A DNA stretch of 64,000 nucleotides from Dehalococcoidia bacterium (lineage in GTDB: Bacteria; Chloroflexota; Dehalococcoidia; UBA2979). The position numbers were made by a program, and so were the translations under genes. The notes under the pieces are model-generated. The model did not search any database. It was not told the origin of the DNA and worked only from the letters and a program-made list of their open reading frames with translations. Shown in pieces: positions 28,765 through 39,301 of this stretch. Within the stretch, counting starts at the first letter, position 1, and every line of letters begins with the position of its first letter. The stretch is taken from positions 3,200,001-3,264,000 of the forward strand of contig OZ253555.1 in assembly GCA_965262725.1 (NCBI GenBank). The letters are read 5' to 3'.

Positions 28765-29688
28765 GTGGCGTCGAGCGCGACCCACGACCGATTCACGCGC
28801 AACCGCAGGCGACACGTCATCGAGCAGCTCATCGGCGTCGCGCTGTTCGCGTGCGCATCGGTCACCGTCGTCACGACGGTGGGGATCGTCGTGATCCTCC
28901 TCGCGGAGGGCGCGACGTTCTTCCGGGACGTGTCCGTCATCGAGTTCCTGACCAACGACCGCTGGACACCTCTCTTTGCGTCCAAGAACTTCGGCGTGCT
29001 GCCGCTCGTGTCGGGAACGCTCCTGATCGCAGTCGGGGCCTCGATCGTGGCACTGCCGGTCGGCACCGTCTCCGCCATCTTCCTCTCCGAGTACGCCTCG
29101 CCAAGCGTCCGCGGGGTGGTGAAGCCGGTGCTCGAGGTGCTGGCCGGAATCCCGACTGTGGTGTACGGCTACTTCGCGCTCACGTTCATCACGCCGATCC
29201 TGCGCGACTCGTTCTTTCCGGATCTCGGTCCGTTCAACGCGATCTCGGCGATCGCCGTGGTCGGTGTGATGATTATCCCGATGGTCTCTTCGCTCTCCGA
29301 CGACGCGATGCGCGCGGTCCCGGTCGCGCTGCGCGAGGGCGCCTACGGGGTCGGCGCAACCCGCTTCGAGGTGGTGACTCGCATCGTCCTCCCGGCCGCC
29401 CTCTCCGGCATCGTCGCCTCCTACCTGCTCGCGATCTCGCGCGCGATCGGGGAGACGATGGCGGTCACAATCGCCGCCGGCGCGACACCGAATCTCACGC
29501 TCAACCCGCTGGAGAGCGTGCAGACGATGACCGCCTACATCGTGCAGGTGTCGCTCGGCGACACCCCCCACGGCTCGCTGGAGTTCCGAACCATCTTCGC
29601 GGTGGCCGCGACGCTCTTCACGATGACGCTGGGGATGAACATCATCGCCGGGCGCGTGGTCCGCCGCTTCCAGGAGACCTACGAGTGA
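28765..29688 (+). CDS. pstC: Phosphate ABC permease PstC
   Basis: [37 protein letters not shown]. Confidence 0.95.
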   Translation: MASSATHDRFTRNRRRHVIEQLIGVALFACASVTVVTTVGIVVILLAEGATFFRDVSVIEFLTNDRWTPLFASKNFGVLPLVSGTLLIAVGASIVALPVGTVSAIFLSEYASPSVRGVVKPVLEVLAGIPTVVYGYFALTFITPILRDSFFPDLGPFNAISAIAVVGVMIIPMVSSLSDDAMRAVPVALREGAYGVGATRFEVVTRIVLPAALSGIVASYLLAISRAIGETMAVTIAAGATPNLTLNPLESVQTMTAYIVQVSLGDTPHGSLEFRTIFAVAATLFTMTLGMNIIAGRVVRRFQETYE

Positions 29689-30608
29689 GCGCGGAGACGG
29701 GCGTCGCCCCGGGAGGCGCCGGGTCGGCCTTTCGCCCGCGGCTTGCCTACCGGCACGCCGTCGGCAACGCCTTCCGGTGGGTCACGGCCGGCGCGGCACT
29801 GGTCAGCATCCTGCTGCTCGCGCTGCTGCTGTTCGATGTCGCGAGGGACGGGCTGCGGCTGCTCTCGTGGGACTTCCTGACCAGCTTCCCGTCGCGCTTC
29901 CCGGAGCAGGCCGGCTTCAAGGCGGCGCTCTGGGGCAGCATCTTTGTCATCGGCTTCACGGCACTCTTCTCGTTCCCGATCGGCGTCGGCGCCGCCCTCT
30001 ACCTCGAGGAGTACTCCGGGCGCGGCCGGCTCACTCGGTTGATCCAGCTCAACATATCCAACCTCGCCGGCGTTCCGTCCATAGTCTTCGGCATCCTCGG
30101 CCTGCAGCTCTTCGTGCGCGGGACGCTCGGCATCGGCCCCGACTTCGGCGGGTTCGGCCGCTCGGTGATGGCCGGATCGCTCACGCTCACGCTGCTGATT
30201 CTCCCGATCGTGATCGTCGCGGCCCAGGAGTCCGTGCGCGCCGTGCCCAGCTCGATCCGCGAGGCCTCCTACGGGGTCGGCGCGACGCGCTGGCAGACCG
30301 TGTGGTACCACGTCCTGCCGCAGGCGCTCCCCGGCATCCTCACCGGCATGATCCTGGCGCTCTCCCGTGCGATCGGGGAGACGGCGCCCCTGATCATGAT
30401 CGGCGCTCTCACCTTCGTGGCCTTCGTGCCCGAGAGCCCGGGCGATCCCTTCACGGCGATGCCGATCCAGATCTACAACTGGGTCGGCCGGCCGCAGGCC
30501 GATTTCCGCGACCTCGCGGCGACGGGCATCATCGTGCTCCTAGGGGTGCTGCTCGCGATGAACGCTATCGCCGTGTACGTGCGCCACCGGACGCAGCGCA
30601 GTGTCTGA
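29685..30608 (+). CDS. pstA: Phosphate ABC permease PstA
   Basis: [39 protein letters not shown]. Confidence 0.95.
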   Translation: MSAETGVAPGGAGSAFRPRLAYRHAVGNAFRWVTAGAALVSILLLALLLFDVARDGLRLLSWDFLTSFPSRFPEQAGFKAALWGSIFVIGFTALFSFPIGVGAALYLEEYSGRGRLTRLIQLNISNLAGVPSIVFGILGLQLFVRGTLGIGPDFGGFGRSVMAGSLTLTLLILPIVIVAAQESVRAVPSSIREASYGVGATRWQTVWYHVLPQALPGILTGMILALSRAIGETAPLIMIGALTFVAFVPESPGDPFTAMPIQIYNWVGRPQADFRDLAATGIIVLLGVLLAMNAIAVYVRHRTQRSV

Positions 30609-30675
30609 CGCGGAAGCGCACGGTCCGCCCGGGATAGGCGCCCGCACTCGCCACCCCGGAGAAGGTGAGGATGCT

Positions 30676-31566
30676 ATGGTCGGAACGATCTCGGAGGTAG
30701 CGCAGTCGCTCCCGCAGAAGGCGCCCGTGATGCCGACCGGAACCAGCGTCCCCGTCCCCTCCACGGCGTCCTCGGCCGAGTCGCCCATCGATGTCGACGT
30801 CCCCGACCCGATCGTCGAGATTCGCGACTTCGATCTCTGGTACGGGAACTTCCAGGCGCTCGAGGGCGTCAGCCTCCGTATTCCGCGGAACCAGATTACC
30901 GCCCTCATCGGACCGTCGGGCTGCGGCAAGAGCACGCTCCTGCGCTCCATCAACCGCATGAACGACCTGATCCCCTTCGTGCGGGTCCAGGGCGAAATCG
31001 ATGTCGACGGGCGCAACATCTACGACGCGGCAGTCGATCCGGTCGAGGTTCGGCGCGTGATCGGGATGGTTTTCCAGAAACCGAATCCGTTCCCGAAGTC
31101 GATCTACCAGAACGTCGCCTTCGGCGCCCGGATCAACGGCTATCGCGGCAACATGGACGAGCTGGTGGAACGCACCCTCCGGCAGGCGGCGCTCTGGGAC
31201 GAGGTCGCGGGGAAGCTCGCCGACCCGGGCTTGGCGCTCTCCGGCGGGCAGCAGCAGCGGCTCTGCATCGCGCGAGCGATCGCCGTCTCACCGGACATCG
31301 TCCTCATGGACGAGCCGTGCTCGGCCCTCGATCCGATCGCCACCCAGCGTATCGAAGACCTGATGCGCAAACTCGCCGAGGACTTCACGATCGTCATCGT
31401 CACGCATAACATGCAGCAGGCGGCGCGCGTCTCCGATCGGACGGCCTTCATGCTCGCGGGCGACGACCGCACGGGTCGCCTGATCGAGTACGGCCCCACC
31501 GATCAGATCTTCAGCACGCCGCGGGACGAGAGGACCGAGGCCTACATCACGGGCCGGTTCGGATAG
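30676..31566 (+). CDS. pstB: Phosphate ABC ATPase PstB
   Basis: [46 protein letters not shown]. Confidence 0.97.
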   Translation: MVGTISEVAQSLPQKAPVMPTGTSVPVPSTASSAESPIDVDVPDPIVEIRDFDLWYGNFQALEGVSLRIPRNQITALIGPSGCGKSTLLRSINRMNDLIPFVRVQGEIDVDGRNIYDAAVDPVEVRRVIGMVFQKPNPFPKSIYQNVAFGARINGYRGNMDELVERTLRQAALWDEVAGKLADPGLALSGGQQQRLCIARAIAVSPDIVLMDEPCSALDPIATQRIEDLMRKLAEDFTIVIVTHNMQQAARVSDRTAFMLAGDDRTGRLIEYGPTDQIFSTPRDERTEAYITGRFG

Positions 31567-31611
31567 CTCGGGCTGTTCCGGGCGCGAGAGCGGTTCTCGA
31601 CGGGGGATAGG

Positions 31612-32277
31612 ATGCCGCGAGAGGGATTCCACCGCGACCTCGAGCTGCTCCAGGACCAGATGCTCGAGCTCGGGTCGATGGTCGACCGTGCCATCGACCG
31701 CGCCCTCACTGCGCTCCTCGAGCGCAACATCCCGCTGGCTGAGGACGTCGTCCGCGACGACGGCGAGGTGAATCGCATGCGCTACGACATCGATACCGCA
31801 TGCGTCGGGTTGCTCGCGCAGCAGGCTCCCGTCGCCGGCGACCTGCGCGTAATCGTCTCCGTGCTCTCGATCGTCGGGGAGCTGGAGCGCATCGGCGACC
31901 ACGCCGAGGGCATTGCACGCATCGTGATCATGATGGCGGACGAACCCCTGGTGAAAGCGCTCGTCGACATCCCGAGGATGGCGGACCGCGCGCAGCAGAT
32001 GCTGCGCGACGCGCTCACGGCGTTCACCGAGCGCGACCTGGCGGCGGCGTACCGCGTGGGAGAGGCCGACGACGTGGTGGACGAGCTACAGGAGCGCGTC
32101 TACCACGATCTCATCGAGATCATGCTGCGAGACCCGAGCGCCGTCCTGCCGTGTACTCACCTGCTCTGGGTCTCGCACAACCTCGAGCGCATCGCCGACC
32201 GCGCCACCAACGTCGCGGAGCGCGCCGTGTTCGCGGCCACCGGCGCGCAGACCGAGATGAACATCTCCACCTACTAG
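31612..32277 (+). CDS. phoU: Phosphate signalling protein PhoU
   Basis: QAPVAGDLR, LERIGDHA, LERIADRATNVAE. Confidence 0.96.
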   Translation: MPREGFHRDLELLQDQMLELGSMVDRAIDRALTALLERNIPLAEDVVRDDGEVNRMRYDIDTACVGLLAQQAPVAGDLRVIVSVLSIVGELERIGDHAEGIARIVIMMADEPLVKALVDIPRMADRAQQMLRDALTAFTERDLAAAYRVGEADDVVDELQERVYHDLIEIMLRDPSAVLPCTHLLWVSHNLERIADRATNVAERAVFAATGAQTEMNISTY

Positions 32278-32412
32278 GAGCCAGAGCGCCCCCTAGGCGA
32301 GCGCTCACGCCGCGACCGCATCGCTCTCGCCCCGCCAGGCGCCCTCGCCGCGCGCTAGAATCGCGGGGCAAGGCGCGACCAAGAGCACACTCGCGAGGCG
32401 GAGGTGGGGCAG

Positions 32413-33636
32413 ATGGAGTGGTCAGACTCGCCCGAGCAGGGCGCCTTCCGCACGGACGTGCGCGCGCTGATCGAGTCGCGGCTCCCCGAGCGCTACCGCG
32501 AGATGGCCGCCTCCGACGCGCCGACGGAGGAACAGCCATGGCAGGTGGACCGCATCTCGGCGAACCCGGCGCACCGCGCCGCCGCCGAGGAGTGGCGCGG
32601 TGCGCTCGCCGCGAGGGGCTGGGTCGCGCCACACTGGCCCCCGGAGTACGGCGGCGCCGGGCTCTCCCCGATGAACCAGTTCATCCTCAGCCAGGAGATG
32701 GCGCGCGCCGGCGCCCCGCGCGTCGGCGGCACCGGCGTCGGAATCCTGGGTCCCGCGCTCATCATCCACGGGTCGGACGAGCAGAAGCGGGAGCACCTGC
32801 CGAAGATCCTCTCCGGCGGACGCGTGTGGGCGCAGGGCTTCTCGGAACCGGGGGCGGGCTCGGACCTCGCCTCCCTGCAGACGCGCGCCGTGCGCGACGG
32901 CGACGAGTGGGTCATCAACGGGCAGAAGATCTGGACGACGCTCGCGCACACGGTCGACTGGCTCTTTGCGCTGGTACGGACCGACCCGGAGGCGCCGAAG
33001 CACCGCGGGATCAGCTTCCTGATGATGGACAAGGCGACGCCCGGCATCACGGTGCGTCCGCTGATCAACGCGGCGTTCCGCCACAACTTCAACGAGACGT
33101 TCTTCGCGCACGTCCGCGTCCCCGCCTCGCACCTCGTCGGCGAGGAGAACCGCGGCTGGTACGTCGCCATGACGCTGATGGACTTCGAGCGCTCCAACGT
33201 CGGCGGCGCGATCGCGCTCGAGCGCGCCGCGAGGCGCCTCGCCGATTACGCCGGGCGCGAGGCCCACGAGCGCTCCCGCCTCGCGCAGTTGCCGACGCTC
33301 CGGCAGCTCCTGACGGCGCACGTGATCGAGGCCCACGTGCAGCTCAACTTCTCGCTGCGCATCGTCTCGATCCAGGCGCGCGGGGAGGTACCGAACCACG
33401 AGGCCTCGATCAACAAGCTCTTCGGCTCGGAGGCGTCGCAGCGGCTGACGAACACGGCGACCAAGCTGTTCGGCCTCTACTCGAACCTCTGGGACGAGGA
33501 CGAGCCGCTCTCGCCGATGCAGGGATCGGTGGCGCAGGAGTACTGCAACCAGATCCAGAACACGATTGCGGCCGGCACCTCAGAGATCCAGCGCAATGTG
33601 ATCGCGACCAGAGGGCTCGGACTCCCACGCGCCTAG
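32413..33636 (+). CDS. Acyl-CoA dehydrogenase family protein
   Basis: WPPEYGG, QGFSEPGAGSDLASL, NGQKIWTT, FNETFF, TIAAGTSEIQRNVIA. Confidence 0.93.
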   Translation: MEWSDSPEQGAFRTDVRALIESRLPERYREMAASDAPTEEQPWQVDRISANPAHRAAAEEWRGALAARGWVAPHWPPEYGGAGLSPMNQFILSQEMARAGAPRVGGTGVGILGPALIIHGSDEQKREHLPKILSGGRVWAQGFSEPGAGSDLASLQTRAVRDGDEWVINGQKIWTTLAHTVDWLFALVRTDPEAPKHRGISFLMMDKATPGITVRPLINAAFRHNFNETFFAHVRVPASHLVGEENRGWYVAMTLMDFERSNVGGAIALERAARRLADYAGREAHERSRLAQLPTLRQLLTAHVIEAHVQLNFSLRIVSIQARGEVPNHEASINKLFGSEASQRLTNTATKLFGLYSNLWDEDEPLSPMQGSVAQEYCNQIQNTIAAGTSEIQRNVIATRGLGLPRA

Positions 33637-33731
33637 AGGCTTTCCTCAGCGAGGCGCGCGGGCCCACCCCGCCATGACGGCCTCCCGCTCCGCTGCTAGC
33701 ATCTCCGGTGCATCCCGCCGGGAGATCCCCC

Positions 33732-34757
33732 ATGGCGACGCCACGCCCACCGCTTTGGACGCGGCGGCGCGTCCTCTGCCTGATCGGCGCGAGCGCCGGC
33801 ACCGGCGCGCTCGTGCTCGCCTGCCGCTCCGAGGACCGCGCCCCGGAGCCCGGGAGTGGCGCAGTCGACACGATGCCGAGGGTCGAGCCGGTGCGGCCCA
33901 CCGCCGCGCCCACGCCGACCCCCACGCCGACCCCCACGCCGACCCCCGCGCCGGCGCCCACGCCCAGGCCTGAGCCGGCGCCCGAGCCCCCGCCCGTCCC
34001 GCCGGCCGGCCTCGTCGAGCGGGCGCTCCTGCCCGGGACGCCCTGGGAGACCCCGGTGTTCCTGCGCCACTCCGGCGTGCGCGGCCCCACAGTGATGGTG
34101 CTCGGGGGCGTGCACGGCAACGAACCAGGCGGGTGGCTCGCCGCCGAGCGTCTTCCTGAGATCGAGGTCACCCGCGGCAGCCTCATCGTCGTGCCGCGCG
34201 CCAATGTGATCGCGACCAGGCTCCACGAGCGCACGACCGACGATCTCGGCGACCTCAACCGCCTCTACCCGGGCTCGCCACTCGCCGAGCTCCCGATGGC
34301 GCGCATGGCGTCGCGCCTGATCGCGCTCGCCCGCCAGTACCGCGCCGAGCTCCTGCTCGACCTGCACGAGTCGTGGCAGTTCTACGTCGAGCGGACGATC
34401 CAGGGCACCGCCGCGATCGGGCAAACGATGTCGGCGGGACCCGGCCCCGAGCAGGGCACGATCGCGCAGGCGATCGCGGAGCGCGTCAACGCGCAGGTGG
34501 AGAGCGAGCGCGAGCTGCTGGTGGTCCGTACGCGCTTCGGCCGATCCTCCACGGGCGATCCGGACGTCGACGGCGGGTCGTGGAGCTCGGGCTTCGTCCC
34601 GGGTCGGGGCCGTAGCTCGCTCTCGGTTGGCGGCCACGTGGAGGGACTGACGCCGGTGCTGGTCGAGATGGGCCAGGAGCGCCAGCCCGTCGGCCGCCGT
34701 GCCGAACTCCACCAGGCAGTCGTGCAGGCCGCGCTCGAGCTACGCGAGATGCTCTAG
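33732..34757 (+). CDS. Tat-exported lipoprotein, M14 (succinylglutamate desuccinylase/aspartoacylase-like) carboxypeptidase
   Basis: TRRRVL...LVLAC signal, (PT)n linker, GGVHGNE, DLNRLYPG, LDLHES. Confidence 0.8.
   Translation: MATPRPPLWTRRRVLCLIGASAGTGALVLACRSEDRAPEPGSGAVDTMPRVEPVRPTAAPTPTPTPTPTPTPAPAPTPRPEPAPEPPPVPPAGLVERALLPGTPWETPVFLRHSGVRGPTVMVLGGVHGNEPGGWLAAERLPEIEVTRGSLIVVPRANVIATRLHERTTDDLGDLNRLYPGSPLAELPMARMASRLIALARQYRAELLLDLHESWQFYVERTIQGTAAIGQTMSAGPGPEQGTIAQAIAERVNAQVESERELLVVRTRFGRSSTGDPDVDGGSWSSGFVPGRGRSSLSVGGHVEGLTPVLVEMGQERQPVGRRAELHQAVVQAALELREML
33909..33965 (+). repeat. 12-bp tandem repeat encoding a Pro-Thr linker
   Basis: CCCACGCCGACC repeated three times, then degenerate copies. 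Confidence 0.7.
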
Positions 34758-34847
34758 CCCCCGACCGGCCCGGCCGCTCAACCGGCGATGTCGGTGGTAT
34801 CCTCCCGCCGCCGCGCGCTCAGCGGCGAGACCGCACGGGAGGTCCCG

Positions 34848-35612
34848 ATGTGCTTCGAGTTCGATTCCCGCCCGCCCGTCCCGCCCATCGCCGGCGCCTC
34901 CGTCGACGCCGAGGATCTGGTTCTTCGCTCCACGGACGGCACGCCGTTCGCGGCCTACGCGGCCCGCTCCCGCGAGGCCCGGGGGCCGGCGGTGGTGGTC
35001 ATGCCGGACGTGCGAGGGCTCTTCCGCTTCTATGAGGAGCTCGCGCTCCGCTTTGCCGAGCACGGCTACGACGCGATCGCGATCGACTACTTCGGCCGGA
35101 CCGCGGGCGTCGGAAAGCGCGAGGAGGAGTTCACGTTCGCGGAGCACATCGCGCAGACGAAGCTCGGCTACCTCACGCAGGACGTCGCGGCGGCGGTGCG
35201 CGAGCTGCGGGTCGGGGCGGGCAGTGAGCGGCGCCCCGTCTTCACCATCGGCTTCTGCTTCGGCGGCAGCAATTCCTGGCTGCAGGCGGCAGGCGGGCAC
35301 GGGCTCAACGGCGCCATCGGCTTCTACGGACACCCCACGCGAGCGGGGCGCGACGGATCGCCGCCGGCCATCGACCGCGTCACCGAGTTCGAATGCCCGA
35401 TCCTGGCGCTAATGGGCGGCGATGACCCCGCGATCCCTCCCGAGGAGGTGAAGCGCTACGAAGAGTCGCTCACCGCGGCCGGCATCGAGAACGAGGTCCA
35501 GATCTACCAGGGGGCGCCACACTCCTTCTTCGACCGCCGCCACGAGGAGCACGGCGAGGCGTCGGCGGACGCCTGGGAGCGCGTGCTCGCCTTCATCGAG
35601 GCGCACGCGTAG
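34848..35612 (+). CDS. Dienelactone hydrolase family protein
   Basis: PDVRGL, GFCFGG nucleophile, GGDD, GAPHSF, AWER. Confidence 0.92.
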   Translation: MCFEFDSRPPVPPIAGASVDAEDLVLRSTDGTPFAAYAARSREARGPAVVVMPDVRGLFRFYEELALRFAEHGYDAIAIDYFGRTAGVGKREEEFTFAEHIAQTKLGYLTQDVAAAVRELRVGAGSERRPVFTIGFCFGGSNSWLQAAGGHGLNGAIGFYGHPTRAGRDGSPPAIDRVTEFECPILALMGGDDPAIPPEEVKRYEESLTAAGIENEVQIYQGAPHSFFDRRHEEHGEASADAWERVLAFIEAHA

Positions 35613-35640
35613 GCACCCACCCCGACGCCGGGCGGGCGCT

Positions 35641-36609
35641 CTACGTCACGACGTTCTCGGGGCGCCCCCGAAGGAAGGCCACGGCGTTCGCGACGGCATC
35701 CCCGAGCATGAAGGTGTGGCCCTCGGCGTTGTTGTCGGCGATGTGCGGCGAGAGCACGACCTGCTCGCAGCCCCGGAGCGGATGATCGGCCGGGAGCGGC
35801 TCCGGGTCGAAGACGTCGAGACCCGCGGCGCCGAGGTGCCCCGAGTCGAGCGCCTCGACGAGCGCGTCGGTGTCGACGACGTCGCCCCGGGAGCCGTTGA
35901 CGAGGATCGCTCCCCGCTTCATGCGCGCCAGCTGCTCGCGACCGATCAACCCGCGCGTTTCGTTGGAGGAGGCCACGTGGAGCGACACCGCGTCGGAGCT
36001 TGAGAGCAGCTCGTCAAACTCGACGTAGCGCAACCCGAGGGCGCGCGCCTTCTCCTCGCTGGGGTGAAAGCTCCACGCCACCACCTCCATCCCGATCGCC
36101 CGCCCGAGCTGCGCCATGCGCGAGCCGGTGTTCCCCGTACCGACCACACCGAGCCGCTTCCCCGCGAGGTAGACGGTCTCGCGCCGCGTCCAGCGGCCCG
36201 CCTGGATCTCCGCCGTGTGGAAGCCGAGGAGCTTGGCGGCCGCGAGCAGGAGCGCGAACTCGTGCTCGGCGACGATCGGCGCCGTGTTGCCGCCTTGGTG
36301 CGCAACCGTCACACCGAACTCGCGCGCCGCGTCGAGGTTCACCATGTCGGTGCCCACGGAGCTGAGCGAGAGCATCCGCAGCTCCCGCAGCTGCGAGAGC
36401 AGCCGGTAGCCCCACGGGAGCGGGGCCGCGTTGATGATGACGTGCGCGCCCCGGGCCGCCTTCAGCCGATCCGCGGGCGTCGCGGACGGCTCGAGGTAGA
36501 CCTCCACCGAGCCGAAGGCGCCGAGAGGCGCGAGGGTCTCCTGATCGGGCGGCGGCCCGCCCTCCGGGTCGGCGAAGACGACGATGCGGAGGGCGGCGGA
36601 CTCGCTCAT
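35641..36609 (-). CDS. D-isomer-specific 2-hydroxyacid dehydrogenase
   Basis: VAEH, GVVGTGNTG, SLHV, NGSRGDVVD, AGLDVFDPEP, LSPHIA. Confidence 0.92.
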   Translation of the reverse strand: MSESAALRIVVFADPEGGPPPDQETLAPLGAFGSVEVYLEPSATPADRLKAARGAHVIINAAPLPWGYRLLSQLRELRMLSLSSVGTDMVNLDAAREFGVTVAHQGGNTAPIVAEHEFALLLAAAKLLGFHTAEIQAGRWTRRETVYLAGKRLGVVGTGNTGSRMAQLGRAIGMEVVAWSFHPSEEKARALGLRYVEFDELLSSSDAVSLHVASSNETRGLIGREQLARMKRGAILVNGSRGDVVDTDALVEALDSGHLGAAGLDVFDPEPLPADHPLRGCEQVVLSPHIADNNAEGHTFMLGDAVANAVAFLRGRPENVVT

Positions 36610-36716
36610 AGCGTGGAGGATACGCCCCTGAGGAGGCGTGGGCGGCAGGCCGAGCGAGCCCGGCCTCCGCGGTATAGGCTCTGGCGGGGAGAGCACCGGC
36701 GGGGGGAGGAGACGCG

Positions 36717-37619
36717 ATGCGCTTCAGCGCGTGGCCGGCGCCGGCACCCTGGGCGACGCTGCTTGCCCAGTGGGAGCACGTCGAGGCGACCGGCTGGGAC
36801 GGCGCCTGGATCATGGACCACTTCATGCCGGTCGGCGCTCCCGCGGACGCCCCCGTTAGCGAGGCGTGGACGGCTCTCGGCGCGCTCGCCGCGCGGGTGC
36901 CGCGGATCCGCCTCGGCACGATGGTCACCGGCAACACCTACCGCCACCCCGCCGTGCTCGCGAAGATGGCGGCCACCGTCGACGACATCTCGGGCGGGCG
37001 CCTCGTTCTGGGCCTCGGAGCGGGCTGGCAGCGCGACGAGCACGACGCCTACGGCATCGAGCTGCCGCCCGTCCCCGAGCGGCTCGCCCGACTGGAGGAG
37101 GCCGCCCGCGTCATCCGTACCCTCTTCGCCGAGGAGCGCGCCGGCTTCGAGGGACGCCACTACCGCCTCTCCGACGCGCCGCTCGCGCCGAAGCCGGTGC
37201 AGCGCCCGGGGCCGCCGCTCCTGATCGGCGGCGGCGGGGAGCGGGTGACGCTGCGCATCGCGGCCCGCTACGCGGACGAGTGGAACGTCTGGGGCCTGCC
37301 CGAGCAGATCGCCGCGAAGAGCACCGTGCTGGATCGCCACTGCGAGCGGCAGGGCCGCGACCCGGCGAGCATCCGCCGCACCGCCTGCGCGCAGCTCCTC
37401 GTCACCGACGACCCGCAGGAGGCCGCGCGCGCGCGCCGCGCCGGCCGCGTCACGCTCGCCGGAAGCGCGGAGGAGTTGCGCGAGGTGGTCGGGCGCTACC
37501 TGGAGATCGGGCTCGACGAGCTAGTCATCGCCGCATACGACACGTCGAGCTACGGCGCGATCACGCTCGACGCGCTCGATCGCTTCATCGAGGAGGTCGC
37601 ACCGCCGTACCGGGAGTAG
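36717..37619 (+). CDS. LLM-class (probably F420-dependent) oxidoreductase
   Basis: WIMDHF, EAWT, YRHPAVLAKMAATVD, GLGAGW, PKPVQ, IGGGGE. Confidence 0.92.
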   Translation: MRFSAWPAPAPWATLLAQWEHVEATGWDGAWIMDHFMPVGAPADAPVSEAWTALGALAARVPRIRLGTMVTGNTYRHPAVLAKMAATVDDISGGRLVLGLGAGWQRDEHDAYGIELPPVPERLARLEEAARVIRTLFAEERAGFEGRHYRLSDAPLAPKPVQRPGPPLLIGGGGERVTLRIAARYADEWNVWGLPEQIAAKSTVLDRHCERQGRDPASIRRTACAQLLVTDDPQEAARARRAGRVTLAGSAEELREVVGRYLEIGLDELVIAAYDTSSYGAITLDALDRFIEEVAPPYRE

Positions 37620-37650
37620 GCCACGGCGGCGCGGCGCGAGGGGATCGACG

Positions 37651-38451
37651 ATGCCGATATTCGAGACCGCGGATGTGCGCCTCCACTACGCGGACGCAGG
37701 CACTGGGGCGCCCGCGCTCCTCTTCGTGCACGGCTGGTCCTCGAACGTGCGCCACTGGGAGCCGCAGGCGCGGCACTTCCGCCGGCGTCACCGCGTGCTG
37801 CGCATCGACCTGCGCGGCCACGGCCGCTCGCCGGCTCCCGACCTTCCGGTCCCCGGCTACTCGATCCCGCGGCACGCCGAGGACCTCGGCGCCCTCCTGG
37901 GGCGGCTCGGGCTATCCGGCGTCGTGGCGATCGGGCATTCGAGCGGCGGATGGGTGGCGCTTGAGCTCGCGGCGCGCTTCCCGGAGCTCGTGCGGGCCGT
38001 CGTCGTCGTCGACTCCGGCTTCGATCCCGCTGTGCCTGCGGAGGCGCTGGAGCGGCACCCGATCCTCCGGCATCTCGGGCGCGGCCCCTTCGCGGAGCAG
38101 ATCGCTCAGTCCTATCGCGGGATGTTCCGCGACTTCTCCGACCCGGCGATGCGCGAGCGGACCGCCGCCGAGGCGGCCGCCACCTCTCCCCTCGCCTCCG
38201 AGCGAACCGTGCGCGCGAACCTGAGCACCGACCGCGCTGCCATCGCGCGGGCCGTCCGGCAGCCGGTACTGTGCGTCTACGCCTCGAACACACCCCGCAG
38301 CGCCGAGGAGATCCGGAGCGTCATCCCGCAGGCACAGTTCGCGCAGGTCGTGGGGGCCGGGCACTTCCTGCAGCTCGAGGTGCCGGCGCAGCTGAACGCA
38401 ATGATCGCGCGCTTCCTCGAATTGCTGCCCGATGTCAGCGGCGAAGGGTAG
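37651..38451 (+). CDS. Alpha/beta hydrolase
   Basis: HGW, DLRGHGRS, GHSSGG, GHFLQLE. Confidence 0.9.
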   Translation: MPIFETADVRLHYADAGTGAPALLFVHGWSSNVRHWEPQARHFRRRHRVLRIDLRGHGRSPAPDLPVPGYSIPRHAEDLGALLGRLGLSGVVAIGHSSGGWVALELAARFPELVRAVVVVDSGFDPAVPAEALERHPILRHLGRGPFAEQIAQSYRGMFRDFSDPAMRERTAAEAAATSPLASERTVRANLSTDRAAIARAVRQPVLCVYASNTPRSAEEIRSVIPQAQFAQVVGAGHFLQLEVPAQLNAMIARFLELLPDVSGEG

Positions 38452-39250
38452 CGGGGCCGCCCGCGCGGGGACGTCGACCGTCGCTCTCCACCACATCGAC
38501 GAGGGCTCGGGCGCGCCAGTCCTGCTCTTCATCCACGGCTGGCTGCGCTCGACCGCCGACTGGTCCCGGCAGGCGCGCGCGTTCCGCAGCCGGCACCGCG
38601 TGATCCGGGTCGACTTGCGCGGTCACGGCCACTCGCCGGCTCCCCCCGGCGGCTACGCGCGCCGCGAGCTCGCCGCAGACGTGGTGGCGCTCATGGAGCG
38701 GCTCGAGCTCTCCAACGTCGTGCTCGTCGGCCACTCGATGGGCTGTGGCGTCGCCCTCGACGTGGCGGTCGCCGCGCCCCGGCGGGTATGTGCTCTCGCA
38801 CTCGTCGACGGGGTCGGCCCTAGGGAGCCGTTGACGCGCGCCGAGATCGACGCGCACCCGTTCATGAGCGCCGTCTCCGGCCCGGACTACCGCGAGCGCG
38901 TCATGGAGCTCGCGAGCGGCGGCATCTCGTTCACGCCCCGGAGCGATCCGCGGCTCGTCTGGCGCATCCCCCGAGAGAGCGTGCGGACGCCCCAGCACGT
39001 GGCCGTCGGGTCGCTCCGCGGCGCCGTGCTGGCCAACCGCTCCGCGGCGTGGGGGACACTGAGGCAGCCGATCCTCTGCGTCGCGTCGAGCAACGTGCGC
39101 GTCAGCGCCGCCGCGGTTCGCGAGGTGCTGCCCAATGCGGAGTTCGGCCAAGTCGTCGGCTCCGGGCACTGGGTCCAGCTCGAGGCGGCCCCCCAGCTCC
39201 ACGCGATGCTCCGTGCCTTCCTCAAGGGGGTGGCTGAGCGCTGCTCCTGA
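38432..39250 (+). CDS. Alpha/beta hydrolase (paralogue of the preceding gene)
   Basis: HGW, DLRGHGHS, GHSMG, GHWVQLE. Confidence 0.9.
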   Translation: MSAAKGSGAARAGTSTVALHHIDEGSGAPVLLFIHGWLRSTADWSRQARAFRSRHRVIRVDLRGHGHSPAPPGGYARRELAADVVALMERLELSNVVLVGHSMGCGVALDVAVAAPRRVCALALVDGVGPREPLTRAEIDAHPFMSAVSGPDYRERVMELASGGISFTPRSDPRLVWRIPRESVRTPQHVAVGSLRGAVLANRSAAWGTLRQPILCVASSNVRVSAAAVREVLPNAEFGQVVGSGHWVQLEAAPQLHAMLRAFLKGVAERCS

Positions 39251-39301
39251 GTCCGGGTCGCCGCGCGCTCCGCGGACCGCACGCTCCCGCCTGACGCGGC
39301 C

